Shown here piece by piece: positions 37,577-46,799 of a stretch of DNA of 64,000 bases. This DNA comes from Candidatus Zixiibacteriota bacterium (GTDB lineage Bacteria > Zixibacteria > MSB-5A5 > WJJR01): the NCBI GenBank assembly GCA_040752595.1, contig JBFMGX010000004.1:91440-155439 (forward strand), in the 5' to 3' direction. The notes under the pieces were generated by a model, which saw nothing but the letters and a program-made list of their open reading frames with translations, made no database searches and was not told where the DNA came from. Within the stretch, counting starts at the first letter, position 1. Every line of letters starts with the position of its first letter. A program made the position numbers and the translations under genes.

Positions 37577-38974
37577 ATGTGGAATCGTCGCGTCAAGAGA
37601 CTGCACTTCGTCGGCATCGGCGGCGCGGGAATGTCCGGGATCGCCGAGATTCTCGCCGCCACCGGCTTTGTCGTCTCCGGTTCCGATCTGGCCGAGTCCG
37701 AGACGACGATGCATCTGCGCTCGCTGGGAATCCCCTGTGCGATCGGCCATGATCCCGGCCACATCGCCGGTGCCGATGTCGTTGTGATCTCCTCGGCGGT
37801 CGGCGAGGACAACCCCGAGGCGCGCGCCGCGCGCGCGGCGCACATCCCGGTCATTCGCCGCGCCGAGATGCTCGGCGAATTGATGCGCCTGAAGTTCTCG
37901 ATCGGCATCGCCGGCACGCACGGCAAGACCACCACGACGTCGATGATCGGTCACATCCTCACGCGCGCCGGTTTCGATCCCACGATCATCGTGGGCGGGC
38001 GGTTGGTCAATCTCGACGCCAATGCCCAGTTGGGTCAAAGCCAGTATCTCGTCGCCGAGGCCGACGAATACGATCATTCGTTCCTGGTGCTGCATCCCAC
38101 CGTGGCCTTGGCGACGAATCTGGAGGAGGATCACCTCGACTGTTATGCCGACTTGGCCGACCTGCAGGAGAATTTCCTGATGTTCTTTCAGCGCGTTCCT
38201 TTCTATGGAACGGTGCTGACGAATGCGCTGTCTCCGGCCTTGGCGGCGATTGCGCCGCGCATCAACCGGCGCCATCGCGCCTACGGGGTCGGCGGTCCCG
38301 CGGATGTCGTCGCCGCCGCACTGAGTGTCTCCGCTCGATCCAGTCGCTTCGAGTTGGTGTGCGACGGTGCGAATCTGGGTGTGATTGATGTTCCCCTGCC
38401 GGGACGTCACAATGCGGAGAATGCCCTGGCCGCCTGTGCGGTGGCGCTGGAACTCGAAGTCCCCTTCACCGCGATCCACGAGGCGCTGGCGAGCTTCACG
38501 AGCGTCGGCCGTCGCTTCGAGATCAAGGGATCGGTCGGCGACATCACCGTTGTCGATGACTATGCCCACCACCCGACCGAACTGCGCGCGGCGCTGACGG
38601 CTGGTCGGGCGTGGCTGGAGGGCAAAGGACGCCTCCTGGTGATCTTCCAGCCCCACCTGTATTCGCGCACACAGCACTTCCAGCACCAATTCGCGTCCGC
38701 CTTGTCGCTGGCCGACGGCGTGATCCTGGCTCCCATCTATGCGGCCCGGGAGCAGCCGATTCCGGGCGTGACATCGCAACTGATCGCAGCGCCGCTCGCC
38801 CACGAGACGTTCCCACTCGGCTGCATCGTGGCCGATCGCTTGGAAACCATCCCCGAGCGTGTGGCGGAACGCGCCCGGCCGGGAGACTTGGTGATGACCA
38901 TCGGCGCCGGATCGATCTATCGGACCGGTCCGGAAATCCTGGCGCGCCTGCAACCCGAATTCGTGAAGGGCTGA
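37577..38974 (+). CDS. murC: UDP-N-acetylmuramate--L-alanine ligase.
   Basis: The N-terminus LHFVGIGGAGMSGIAEIL and the P-loop GIAGTHGKTTTTS are present. Confidence 0.9.
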   Translation: MWNRRVKRLHFVGIGGAGMSGIAEILAATGFVVSGSDLAESETTMHLRSLGIPCAIGHDPGHIAGADVVVISSAVGEDNPEARAARAAHIPVIRRAEMLGELMRLKFSIGIAGTHGKTTTTSMIGHILTRAGFDPTIIVGGRLVNLDANAQLGQSQYLVAEADEYDHSFLVLHPTVALATNLEEDHLDCYADLADLQENFLMFFQRVPFYGTVLTNALSPALAAIAPRINRRHRAYGVGGPADVVAAALSVSARSSRFELVCDGANLGVIDVPLPGRHNAENALAACAVALELEVPFTAIHEALASFTSVGRRFEIKGSVGDITVVDDYAHHPTELRAALTAGRAWLEGKGRLLVIFQPHLYSRTQHFQHQFASALSLADGVILAPIYAAREQPIPGVTSQLIAAPLAHETFPLGCIVADRLETIPERVAERARPGDLVMTIGAGSIYRTGPEILARLQPEFVKG

Positions 38975-39906
38975 TGGAGACCCACCGGACCATGGCAACT
39001 GCCGCAACGGGCGCACTGCCACGCCCTCACCACGGCCTACTGGGCCGGTGGAAATGGCGGTTGTGGGCGCTCGCTTTTGACATGACAGCCCTCGGTGTCA
39101 TCGCAGCGCTCTGGCACTGGCCGCTGGTCCGGGTTGGTGCGATCATTGTCGATGGGCCGCCGGCTTGGCGCGACGAGGTCGTCGCCTCCGTGCCTCTACC
39201 CCCTGACTCGAACTTGTTCCGCACGGACATCGACGCCATCGATCGTCAGTTGGCGGCAGTGTTCAACGATCGGGCGCTCTGCCAAGTCAGACTGCAATGG
39301 CCGGGCACACTCGCTGTCCGTCTGGTGCCGATTCTCCCCGTGCTCCGGGCGGATGGGGTTTCCCATGCCGCTCCTCTGGCGGTCGCCGTCAGCGGTGCCC
39401 TCATGACGGAGCGACCCGGCCTGCCCGCGCTGCCCATCTGGCGCGCCGAGACCGGTTCCGCTGACGACCGCGGTCTGGGGCAACAGGCGAAGCTCGCCGC
39501 CGGGTCATGGGCGGAGGTTGTGGACGCCGACGAGCGCTATCAGCACGCGATCTCTGAGTGGTCGCATACGGCCGATGCTGGGTGGACGATGATCGCCGCC
39601 GACGGCCGGACGCGCGTCCTTCTGGGCAAATCCGGATTGAGGGGGCGCGCCGCGGCTGTCGCGGGGCTTTTGGAACGAAGCGATTCGCTCCTGTTGCATC
39701 CCTGTCTGATCGACGCGCGGTTCGGTGGATTGATCGCTGTGCGGCCGCTGGCGGAACCATCCGATTCCGCCGCCGCCGATTCGCTGACGACCGACAGAGC
39801 GGCGGGCCGGTCGCGGCCGGCCATCTCCGGTGCGGTTTCTGCCGGGACCAACACGACAAAAACTCGCCCTTCCCGGGCGCGCCCAAGCGCGAAAGGAACA
39901 ACATGA
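38974..39906 (+). CDS. ftsQ: Cell division protein FtsQ (POTRA domain).
   Basis: The start overlaps the murC stop as TGATG. A TM helix (LWALAFDMTALGVIAALW) is followed by a POTRA-like region (VRVGAIIVDGPP…NLFRTDIDAIDRQL…VRLQWPGTLAVRLV). The upstream 121 codons of the six-frame ORF lie inside murC. Confidence 0.6.
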   Translation: METHRTMATAATGALPRPHHGLLGRWKWRLWALAFDMTALGVIAALWHWPLVRVGAIIVDGPPAWRDEVVASVPLPPDSNLFRTDIDAIDRQLAAVFNDRALCQVRLQWPGTLAVRLVPILPVLRADGVSHAAPLAVAVSGALMTERPGLPALPIWRAETGSADDRGLGQQAKLAAGSWAEVVDADERYQHAISEWSHTADAGWTMIAADGRTRVLLGKSGLRGRAAAVAGLLERSDSLLLHPCLIDARFGGLIAVRPLAEPSDSAAADSLTTDRAAGRSRPAISGAVSAGTNTTKTRPSRARPSAKGTT

Positions 39907-41129
39907 ACGAGCAACCACCGGCATTCGCCGCCCTGGACATCGGGACAGCGTCGATCACCGCCCTCTTGGCCGAGTGGGTGGAGGGGGAGACCTGGAAGAT
40001 CGTCGGAGTGGGACGAACCCCGGCCACCGGGCTTCGCCGGGGCGTCATTGTCGATCTGGAGCGGACCACGGAAGCGATCGCTCGCGCCGTCGCCGCGGCC
40101 GAGATGATGGCCGGCGGGTCGGCCGGTGCGTTGCACGTCAACATCGGCGGCGATCATGTGCGCAGTCTCAATTCGCGTGGCGTCGTCGCCGTGGCGCATC
40201 GCGGTGATCCGATCGACAGCGGTGATGTGGATCGCGTCATGCAGGCGGCCCGCGCGATTCCCGTCCCACCCGACCGCGAAGTCCTGCATGTCCTGGCCCA
40301 GGAGTTCCTGGTCGACGATCAGGGTGGGATCAAGGACCCCATCGGCATGACCGGCGCGCGGCTCGAAGCCGCGGTGCACATCGTCACCGGATCGGCCCTG
40401 GCGGTCGGCAACATCCACCATTGCATCGAAAAGGCCGGCTACGAGCTCGGATCGCTGACGCTGTCGTCCCTGGCGGCGGCGGAGGCGGTCTTGACCGAGC
40501 GCGAGCGTGAAATGGGCGTCGCGCTGGTCGACATCGGTGCGACATTGACCGACGTGGTCGTGATCGCTGACGACGCCGTGCGCCACACCGGCAGTCTCCC
40601 CTTGGGTGGTCGTCACGTGACCAATGACCTGGCGATCGGTCTGCGCACCCCGGTGGATGAGGCCGAGCGGCTGAAGATCGAATTGGGCGCACTCGCGGTC
40701 GATGCCGGCGATGACGACGAACCGTTGCTTGTTCCGGTCGTCGGCGATCAGCCGTCGCGCGCGATTTCACGACGGGTCATTGCGGCCATCGTCGGGCCCC
40801 GACTGGAGGAGATCTTCCAGTTGGCCAAGTCTGAGATTCGCAAGGCCCCGTCGACCGATCACCTCACCTCGGGGATCGTTCTGACGGGGGGAGGCGCCGC
40901 CGTGGCGGGGGCCACGGAACTGGCCGAACGCATCTTCGACCTCCCGGTGCGCGTGGGACGGCCCGTCGGCCTCTTGGGACTGACGGATGTCGCCGGGACG
41001 CCGGCCGATGCCGCCGCCGTCGGCTTGGTCCGTCTGGCCGCCAGGGCGGCGCGCAGCGCGCCGCCGCCGCGCGGAGCGTTTCGGCGCCTGGCCAGTCGGA
41101 TCTCCCATGTGCTGTCCGAGTTCATCTGA
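39903..41129 (+). CDS. ftsA: Cell division protein FtsA.
   Basis: The actin-fold N-terminus AALDIGTASITALLAE is present. The ATG overlaps the ftsQ stop as ATGA. Confidence 0.85.
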   Translation: MNEQPPAFAALDIGTASITALLAEWVEGETWKIVGVGRTPATGLRRGVIVDLERTTEAIARAVAAAEMMAGGSAGALHVNIGGDHVRSLNSRGVVAVAHRGDPIDSGDVDRVMQAARAIPVPPDREVLHVLAQEFLVDDQGGIKDPIGMTGARLEAAVHIVTGSALAVGNIHHCIEKAGYELGSLTLSSLAAAEAVLTEREREMGVALVDIGATLTDVVVIADDAVRHTGSLPLGGRHVTNDLAIGLRTPVDEAERLKIELGALAVDAGDDDEPLLVPVVGDQPSRAISRRVIAAIVGPRLEEIFQLAKSEIRKAPSTDHLTSGIVLTGGGAAVAGATELAERIFDLPVRVGRPVGLLGLTDVAGTPADAAAVGLVRLAARAARSAPPPRGAFRRLASRISHVLSEFI

Positions 41130-41160
41130 GGATCGGAGCGGGATCGCGGTGCCGCCGCAT

Positions 41161-41218
41161 GTAACTATATAATAAACTATACAAAAACATATCTAATGAA
41201 CTATAATCAATAATCACC
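41161..41218 (+). promoter_or_regulatory. AT-rich island immediately upstream of ftsZ; candidate promoter or UP element.
   Basis: About 58 bp of roughly 20% GC (gtaactatataataaactatacaaaaacatatctaatgaactataatcaataatc) contains TATAAT-like hexamers, in an otherwise ~66% GC window. An RBS-like aagggggcagg precedes the ftsZ ATG. Confidence 0.4.
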
Positions 41219-41238
41219 AATCTCGCAAGGGGGCAGGC

Positions 41239-42480
41239 ATGACATTCGAATTCGCAGGCGAAGGGGACGCTTCGGCGAAGCTGAAAGTGATCGGCGTCGG
41301 CGGCGCCGGCGGCAATGCCGTCAACCGGATGATCGCCGCCGGATTGACGGGGGTCGAGTTTCTGGCGATCAACACCGACGCGCAGGACCTGGAACACTCG
41401 CGCGCCGATTGCCGCATCCAGATCGGCGGGCAGGTCACGCGCGGGCTGGGGGCCGGGGCCGATCCCGACGTCGGGCGTCGGGCCATCGAGGAGGATCGCG
41501 ACCTCGTCAGCGCGGCGTTGGCGGGCGCCGACATGGTCTTTGTCACCGCCGGCATGGGCGGCGGCACCGGAACCGGCGCGGCTCCGGTGATCGCCGAGCT
41601 GGCCAAGCTGCAGGGCGCGCTGACCGTCGGGATCGTCACCAAACCCTTCGCCTTCGAGGGAAAGAAGCGCATGGACCGCGCCGACGACGGCATCGCGGAG
41701 CTCAAACAGAAAGTCGACACCTTGATCTGCATTCCCAACCAGCGCCTCCTGGCGATTGTCGACAAGACCACGCGCCTGACCGACGCGTTCTGCGTTTGCG
41801 ACGAGATTCTCCACCAGGCGACGAAGGGGATCGCCGACTTGATCACGGTGCCGGGGCTGATCAATTGCGACTTCGCCGATGTGCGGACGGTGATGCGCGA
41901 GATGGGCGATGCCATCATGGGGACCGGGCGTGCCGAGGGCGAGGGCAAGGCCGCCGCGGCCGCCAAGGCGGCCATTCATTCGCCGCTCCTCGAAGACGTC
42001 TCCATCAGCGGCGCCCGCGGCGTCTTGGTCAACATCACCGGCGGTCCCGACCTGACGCTCTTCGACGTCAACGAGGCCTCCTCGATCATCTCCGAGGCGG
42101 CGGGCGACGAGGCGAACATCATCTTTGGTGCGGTCATTGACCCGCACTTGGGCGCCGAGATCCGGGTCACCGTCATCGCCACCGGGTTCGGCGGCCGGCG
42201 CGTCCGTGCCCTCGACATCGAGCATCTCGAACATCCCGAAACGCCGGCCCGTCTCAAAACACCCCTGCGGTTGCGTGTCTCTGGGTCGCCGATCGACCTG
42301 TTCGTCGGCGGCAAGCCGGGACATGGCGGAACGATGTCCGGACTCTCCTGCGGCGACAGCGATGTTCTGGCGCAGCCGCGCCTCACCGGCGACGACGCCG
42401 ACAACCTCGACGTTCCAGCGTTCGTTCGGAAGCACTTCATCCGCGCCGAAAGCCTCGGTGCGACCGACGAGAACGCCTGA
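41239..42480 (+). CDS. ftsZ: Cell division GTPase FtsZ.
   Basis: The tubulin signature GGGTGTG and the N-terminus [18 protein letters not shown] are present. Confidence 0.95.
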   Translation: MTFEFAGEGDASAKLKVIGVGGAGGNAVNRMIAAGLTGVEFLAINTDAQDLEHSRADCRIQIGGQVTRGLGAGADPDVGRRAIEEDRDLVSAALAGADMVFVTAGMGGGTGTGAAPVIAELAKLQGALTVGIVTKPFAFEGKKRMDRADDGIAELKQKVDTLICIPNQRLLAIVDKTTRLTDAFCVCDEILHQATKGIADLITVPGLINCDFADVRTVMREMGDAIMGTGRAEGEGKAAAAAKAAIHSPLLEDVSISGARGVLVNITGGPDLTLFDVNEASSIISEAAGDEANIIFGAVIDPHLGAEIRVTVIATGFGGRRVRALDIEHLEHPETPARLKTPLRLRVSGSPIDLFVGGKPGHGGTMSGLSCGDSDVLAQPRLTGDDADNLDVPAFVRKHFIRAESLGATDENA

Positions 42481-42499
42481 GGTTCCTTCTGGACCGCAC

Positions 42500-42530
42500 G
42501 GGCGGGGAATGACGTACAGATTCCCCGCCC
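42500..42530 (+). terminator. GC-rich hairpin after ftsZ (gggcggggaa…ttccccgccc).
   Basis: A 10-bp stem with an 11-nt loop begins 20 nt after the ftsZ stop. It is followed by gttgcgcgttg. Confidence 0.45.
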
Positions 42531-42597
42531 GTTGCGCGTTGCTACGACCTACGTATTCGCGAACAGAGGCGTCGGGTGCGTGCTCTGCTTGTGGCGA

Positions 42598-42835
42598 GCG
42601 ACTTGTCCTGAGCGGGGTCGAAGGAAGCCGAGCCGCACGCACCGACAGCGGGTTGAAAACCCGCTGTCCTCTGAACGGTGGACAGGGGGCTTTCAGCCCC
42701 CTGATGGTGGGCCGAGCCCACTCTACGATCCCACCATCTCGGGAGGACAAAGGGCTTCACCCCCTTGCAGCGATTCGACCACGGGCGACGGGAGCAAGGG
42801 GTTGAAACCCTTGACCTCGGATATTACCACATAGC
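42598..42835. repeat. Cluster of REP-like palindromic units and short hairpins between ftsZ and recG.
   Basis: The cluster contains the CTTGTCCTGAGCGGGGTCGAAGGAAG motif and hairpins gcgggttGAAAacccgc, cagggggcTTTCagccccctg and gtgggcCGAGcccac. In reverse orientation these form the ~50-bp unit GTAGAGTGGGCTCGGCCCACCATCAGGGGGCTGAAAGCCCCCTGTCC. Further hairpins AAGGGcttcaccCCCTT, CAAGGGgttgaaaCCCTTG and GGGGCGaaagaacatCGCCCC are present. The same units occur at 55.6-55.9 kb. Confidence 0.55.
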
Positions 42836-42911
42836 CCCGAAGGGGCGAAAGAACATCGCCCCCAGTTTCTGATAACCGCCCTCGCCCGAACTCCCTATCC
42901 TATCGATCCGG

Positions 42912-45044
42912 ATGGAGGGGACGGTGCTCTCACGCCAATCCGATGAACACGACGGCCTCTGGACGAAGCCCGTGACCTACCTCAAGGGTGTTGGTCCCCG
43001 GCGCGCCCAATTCCTCGCCACGCAGGGGATCGAGACCACTGCCGACCTGCTCCTGCACCTGCCGCGCCGCTACCTCGACCGCTCCAATGTCGTGCCGATC
43101 GGCTCCGCTCCGGCGGAGGAGACGGTCACCGTCATCGGCCGCGTGATGGCCACAGGAATCCTCAAGGGACGAAAATCCCGCTTTGAAGCGATCCTGTCCG
43201 ATGGGAGTGGGCAGATCAGTCTTTTGTGGTTTGCCGGTTGGCGCTACTTGGAGAAGTCGATCAAGAAGGGCGCAATCCTGGCGGCCTCGGGAAACGTGAC
43301 TTGGTACCTGGGCCGTGAACGGCAGATCGTGCATCCGGAATTCGAGTTCTTGGAAGACAAAGATATTGAGGATCTGACCCACACGGCGCGGGTCATCCCA
43401 CTCTACCCCTCCGGAGAGGGTTGGCGCGCGATCGGCTTGGAATCACGGGCGTTGCGACGAATCATCAAGCCGGTCATCGATGGCGCGCTCGCCAATCTCG
43501 TCGATTACCTCGACGATGACATGCGCGCCTCTCTGGCGTTGCCCGCTCTTTCGGCGGCGCTGGCGCAGGTGCATTTCCCCGACACGCTCGCCGGCGCCGA
43601 AAGAGCCCGGGCGCGTCTTGTGTTCGATGAGTTCTTCTTTCTGGAACTGGCGCTGGCCCGGCGGCGGGTCCTGATCGATCGCGGCCACGATGGGCGGGCT
43701 TGCTCATCGGTCGGACGCTGGGCGCGACAAATCGTCGATCATCTTCCATGGACCCTGACTGCTGCCCAGAAACGCGTCACCGGCGAGATCACCGCCGATT
43801 TGCGCAGTGAGCGGGCGATGCGACGGCTCCTGCAGGGGGATGTCGGCTCGGGCAAGACGATCGTCGCCGCGCTGGCACTCGCGCAGTGGGCGGAGGCCGG
43901 TGCGCAGTCAGCGCTCCTCGTGCCCACCGAAATCCTGGCGGAGCAGCACCACCACACGTTGACGACCTTGATGGCGCCCGCCGGCATCGACCCGGTCCTG
44001 CTCACCGGTTCGCTTCCCACACGCGAAAAGAAGGCCGTCACAGACCAGGTCCGATCGGGCCAGGCACGGGTCATCGTCGGTACGCACGCGCTTTTGACCT
44101 CAGGTGTGGACTTCGCCGACCTGGCACTCGTCGTCATCGATGAGCAGCATCGCTTCGGCGTGGCGCAACGCGAACAGCTTGTCGCCAAAGGGAGGCGACC
44201 CGACCTGTTGGTCATGACGGCCACGCCGATTCCCCGGACGCTGGCCATGACCCTCTATGGCGACCTCGACGTCTCGATTCTGGATGAGCTCCCGCCGCGT
44301 AAAGGGACGGTGCGCACCGTGTGGCGCACCGAAGAGGCGCGCGACAAGATCTACCAGTACATCAGCGACACGACGGCGGCCGGGAATCTCGTGTACATCG
44401 TCTATCCACTGGTCGAGCAATCGGAGAAGCTCGATCTGAAGGCAGCAACTGCCGGATACGACGATTTGGCGCGTCGCTTCACCGACCGCCGCGTTGCCCT
44501 CGTGCATGGACGGACCCCGGCGCGCGATCGCGCCGAGATCATGAGTCGATTCTATGGGGGCGAGCTCGACGTCCTCGTTTCCACGACGGTCATTGAAGTC
44601 GGTGTCGATGCGCCCGATGCCCGCCTCATGGTCATCGAGAATGCCGAGCGCTTCGGGCTGTCGCAGTTGCACCAGTTGCGCGGTCGCATTGGCCGCGGCC
44701 CAGGGCAGTCGATCTGCGTCCTGATGCTCGGTGGCCCCGCCGGACCGGTCGCCACCGAGCGCGTGGAGACCATGTGCCGCACGTCGGACGGCTTCGAGAT
44801 TGCGGAAGTCGATCTGCGTCTGCGCGGCCCCGGCGAGTTCCTCGGGACGCGGCAGCACGGCATCCCCGAGTTCAAGATCGCCCATTTGGTCCGGGATGCG
44901 GCGCTGTTGGAACCGGCGCGCCGGATGGCATTTGCCATCGCCGCCGAAGATGACGCCATGAGGAATCGCCCCCAACGCCGGGGGCTGTGGGCCGAATGGA
45001 AGCGGCGCTTCGGGCCGCGGGAGCGTCTGCTGGCAGGGGGGTGA
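42912..45044 (+). CDS. recG: ATP-dependent DNA helicase RecG.
   Basis: An N-terminal wedge/OB region is followed by Walker A (GDVGSGKT), DEQH and a helicase C-domain. The protein is about 710 aa. Confidence 0.9.
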   Translation: MEGTVLSRQSDEHDGLWTKPVTYLKGVGPRRAQFLATQGIETTADLLLHLPRRYLDRSNVVPIGSAPAEETVTVIGRVMATGILKGRKSRFEAILSDGSGQISLLWFAGWRYLEKSIKKGAILAASGNVTWYLGRERQIVHPEFEFLEDKDIEDLTHTARVIPLYPSGEGWRAIGLESRALRRIIKPVIDGALANLVDYLDDDMRASLALPALSAALAQVHFPDTLAGAERARARLVFDEFFFLELALARRRVLIDRGHDGRACSSVGRWARQIVDHLPWTLTAAQKRVTGEITADLRSERAMRRLLQGDVGSGKTIVAALALAQWAEAGAQSALLVPTEILAEQHHHTLTTLMAPAGIDPVLLTGSLPTREKKAVTDQVRSGQARVIVGTHALLTSGVDFADLALVVIDEQHRFGVAQREQLVAKGRRPDLLVMTATPIPRTLAMTLYGDLDVSILDELPPRKGTVRTVWRTEEARDKIYQYISDTTAAGNLVYIVYPLVEQSEKLDLKAATAGYDDLARRFTDRRVALVHGRTPARDRAEIMSRFYGGELDVLVSTTVIEVGVDAPDARLMVIENAERFGLSQLHQLRGRIGRGPGQSICVLMLGGPAGPVATERVETMCRTSDGFEIAEVDLRLRGPGEFLGTRQHGIPEFKIAHLVRDAALLEPARRMAFAIAAEDDAMRNRPQRRGLWAEWKRRFGPRERLLAGG

Positions 45045-45138
45045 TGTCCGCGCCGACTGCATGCCCGAATACGTGTTCATCCGGCGGTGCACGCTGCAAT
45101 TCACTCCAACCCTCTTCATGAAAGGAAGAGGGGGAATG

Positions 45139-45243
45139 CTAACCTCTCCCTCCGGCTTGCCCCGAGCCGGGTCGAGGGGGACAGGTCGATCCGCCGCAGG
45201 CGGATCGGCTTGTCCTGAGCGCAGCCGAAGGAGTGAGGGATCT
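45139..45243 (+). repeat. Nested-hairpin repeat element, expanded copy C.
   Basis: The copy runs ctaacctctccctccgg…gatccgccgcaggcggatcgg…cttgtcctgagcgcagccgaaggagtgagggat. It shares the 5' AACCTCTCCC hairpin arm, the CCGCCGCAGGCGG hairpin and the GTGAGGGA(T) tail with copies A and B. It also embeds the CTTGTCCTGAGCG..GCCGAAGGA motif. Confidence 0.5.
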
Positions 45244-45319
45244 CTTCAGCCCGTGAAGTCTCGTTCCCCTATGGCGCCAAAGCCGCCCACACCCTACTTT
45301 CCATCACGATGGAGGCACG

Positions 45320-45664
45320 ATGACTGGCCCAGATCCTCTGTGGATGGGACTGATCGCCTCGCTCCAGGCCAGCGCGATGATGCAACTGGGCAAGGTCGTT
45401 CATCCGCTGACCGGAAACGTCGAGCGCGATCTGGCTCAGGCCAAGGACACGATCGATCTGTTGACTATGCTTGAACGGAAGTGCCAGGGGAATCTCACCG
45501 CCGAGGAGCAGCGGTTTCTGGAACATGCGCTCTTCGAGCTGAGAATGAACTACCTCGATGAGTCCGAGCGACCGGACGACGCGGCATCCTCATCCAGTGC
45601 TGAAGCGGATCGATCCAGCACCCGGGGCGGTGGTGAGGGCGTCGATCCCAACAACTCCCAATGA
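45320..45664 (+). CDS. DUF1844-family small protein (hypothetical).
   Basis: The region MTGPDPLWMGLIASLQASAMMQLGKVVHPLTGNVERDLAQAKDTIDLLTMLERKCQGNLTAEEQRFLEHALFELRMNY resembles DUF1844. The acidic low-complexity tail is typical of the family. The stop overlaps the murB ATG as ATGA. Confidence 0.55.
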   Translation: MTGPDPLWMGLIASLQASAMMQLGKVVHPLTGNVERDLAQAKDTIDLLTMLERKCQGNLTAEEQRFLEHALFELRMNYLDESERPDDAASSSSAEADRSSTRGGGEGVDPNNSQ

Positions 45665-46611
45665 CTTCGCCAGACCATCAGATCACCGGAACATCGTCCC
45701 CGCCTTGGGCCAGACCGTTGGGCGGTCGCCTTCAGGCGGATGTTCCCTTGGGGCCGTTGACGACGCTGAAGATCGGAGGACCGGCGGAATGGTATTTCGC
45801 CGCACAAACCAGGGATGATCTGGTCGCGGCGCTGCGACTGGCACGAGGCGCGGACATCCCGCTGACGCTCCTGGGAGATGGCTCGAATGTTCTGATCTCC
45901 GATCGAGGAGTACGTGGTCTGGTTGTACACAACCGCGCCGGGCGGATCGAGCGCCGTGGTGACGACATCTACTGTGAATCGGGGGCACTGCTGGCCGACC
46001 TGGTCGAGCGTTCAGGCGATGAGGGGCTGACCGGGATGGAGTTTGCCACCGGCATCTATGGGACCGTCGGTGGAGCGGTCTTCGGCAATGCCGGTGCCTA
46101 TGGGAAGTCGATGGCGGATATCTTGGCCTGGGTCGAAGTCCTGACCACAGAAGGGGAGCTGGTCAGAATCGTGCCGGCGGGGATGGAGTTTTCCTATCGA
46201 CGTTCCGGGTGTAGTGCTCATGGGTGGATCGTGGTTGCATGCCAGGTGCAACTTGCCCAGGGTGACCGAGGGGCGATTGCGGCCGAGATTGCCCGGATTC
46301 TGTCGCTCCGGGCGACCAAGCTCCCCAAGGATCTACCTTCCGCCGGGTCATACTTCAAGAACATCGAGGATCCGACCGCCGAGTTCGGTAAGATCCCCGC
46401 AGGCAGACTGCTGGAAGCGGTTGGGGCCAAGGCGCTTCGGGTGGGTGATGCGGCCGTCTACGAGCATCACGCCAATGTGATCGTCAATCTTGGCCATGCC
46501 CGGGCCGCCGATGTACTCGCATTGGCGGATTCGATGAAGAGGCGAGTCAAGGAGCGCTATGGAATCGAGCTCGACAACGAGGTACGATTCGTCGGGATCC
46601 CGCATGATTGA
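45661..46611 (+). CDS. murB: UDP-N-acetylenolpyruvoylglucosamine reductase.
   Basis: The FAD-binding region …LKIGGPAEWYF…LGDGSNVLISDRG… and the MurB C-domain are present. Confidence 0.9.
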   Translation: MTSPDHQITGTSSPPWARPLGGRLQADVPLGPLTTLKIGGPAEWYFAAQTRDDLVAALRLARGADIPLTLLGDGSNVLISDRGVRGLVVHNRAGRIERRGDDIYCESGALLADLVERSGDEGLTGMEFATGIYGTVGGAVFGNAGAYGKSMADILAWVEVLTTEGELVRIVPAGMEFSYRRSGCSAHGWIVVACQVQLAQGDRGAIAAEIARILSLRATKLPKDLPSAGSYFKNIEDPTAEFGKIPAGRLLEAVGAKALRVGDAAVYEHHANVIVNLGHARAADVLALADSMKRRVKERYGIELDNEVRFVGIPHD

Positions 46612-46799
46612 CTGGTCCGGGTCCGCCGGTCAGGGGTATGATCATGTTGGTAGGAGGGCTCTTGTTGCCGTAAGCGCCCGCCGCGTGTATATTTGCGTCG
46701 AAATGGGCACCACACTTGCGTATCTTCTCTGGACACCTCAAATGGAAGGAGAATCTATCGATAATACCGATTGATTGGTGATCACCCCATGAGGGTGGA

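Noticed and set aside
36977-39022. 681-aa - strand ORF.
   Set aside because: It is antisense to murG and murC.
39540-42750. - strand ORFs of 358 aa (39540-40616) and 542 aa (41122-42750).
   Set aside because: They are antisense to ftsA and ftsZ. ftsZ carries the GGGTGTG tubulin signature, so the + strand reading is certain.
42598-42835. Possible CRISPR array in the repeat-dense intergenic regions at 42.6-42.8 kb and 55.6-55.9 kb.
   Set aside because: The repeats are palindromic units in mixed orientations with irregular spacing and no unique spacers of constant length. No cas genes are present. A REP/REPIN-like interpretation fits better.
45061-45474. 137-aa + strand ORF between recG and the DUF1844 gene.
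   Set aside because: It is composed largely of translated repeat element C, overlaps the DUF1844 gene start, and has no RBS or domain signal.
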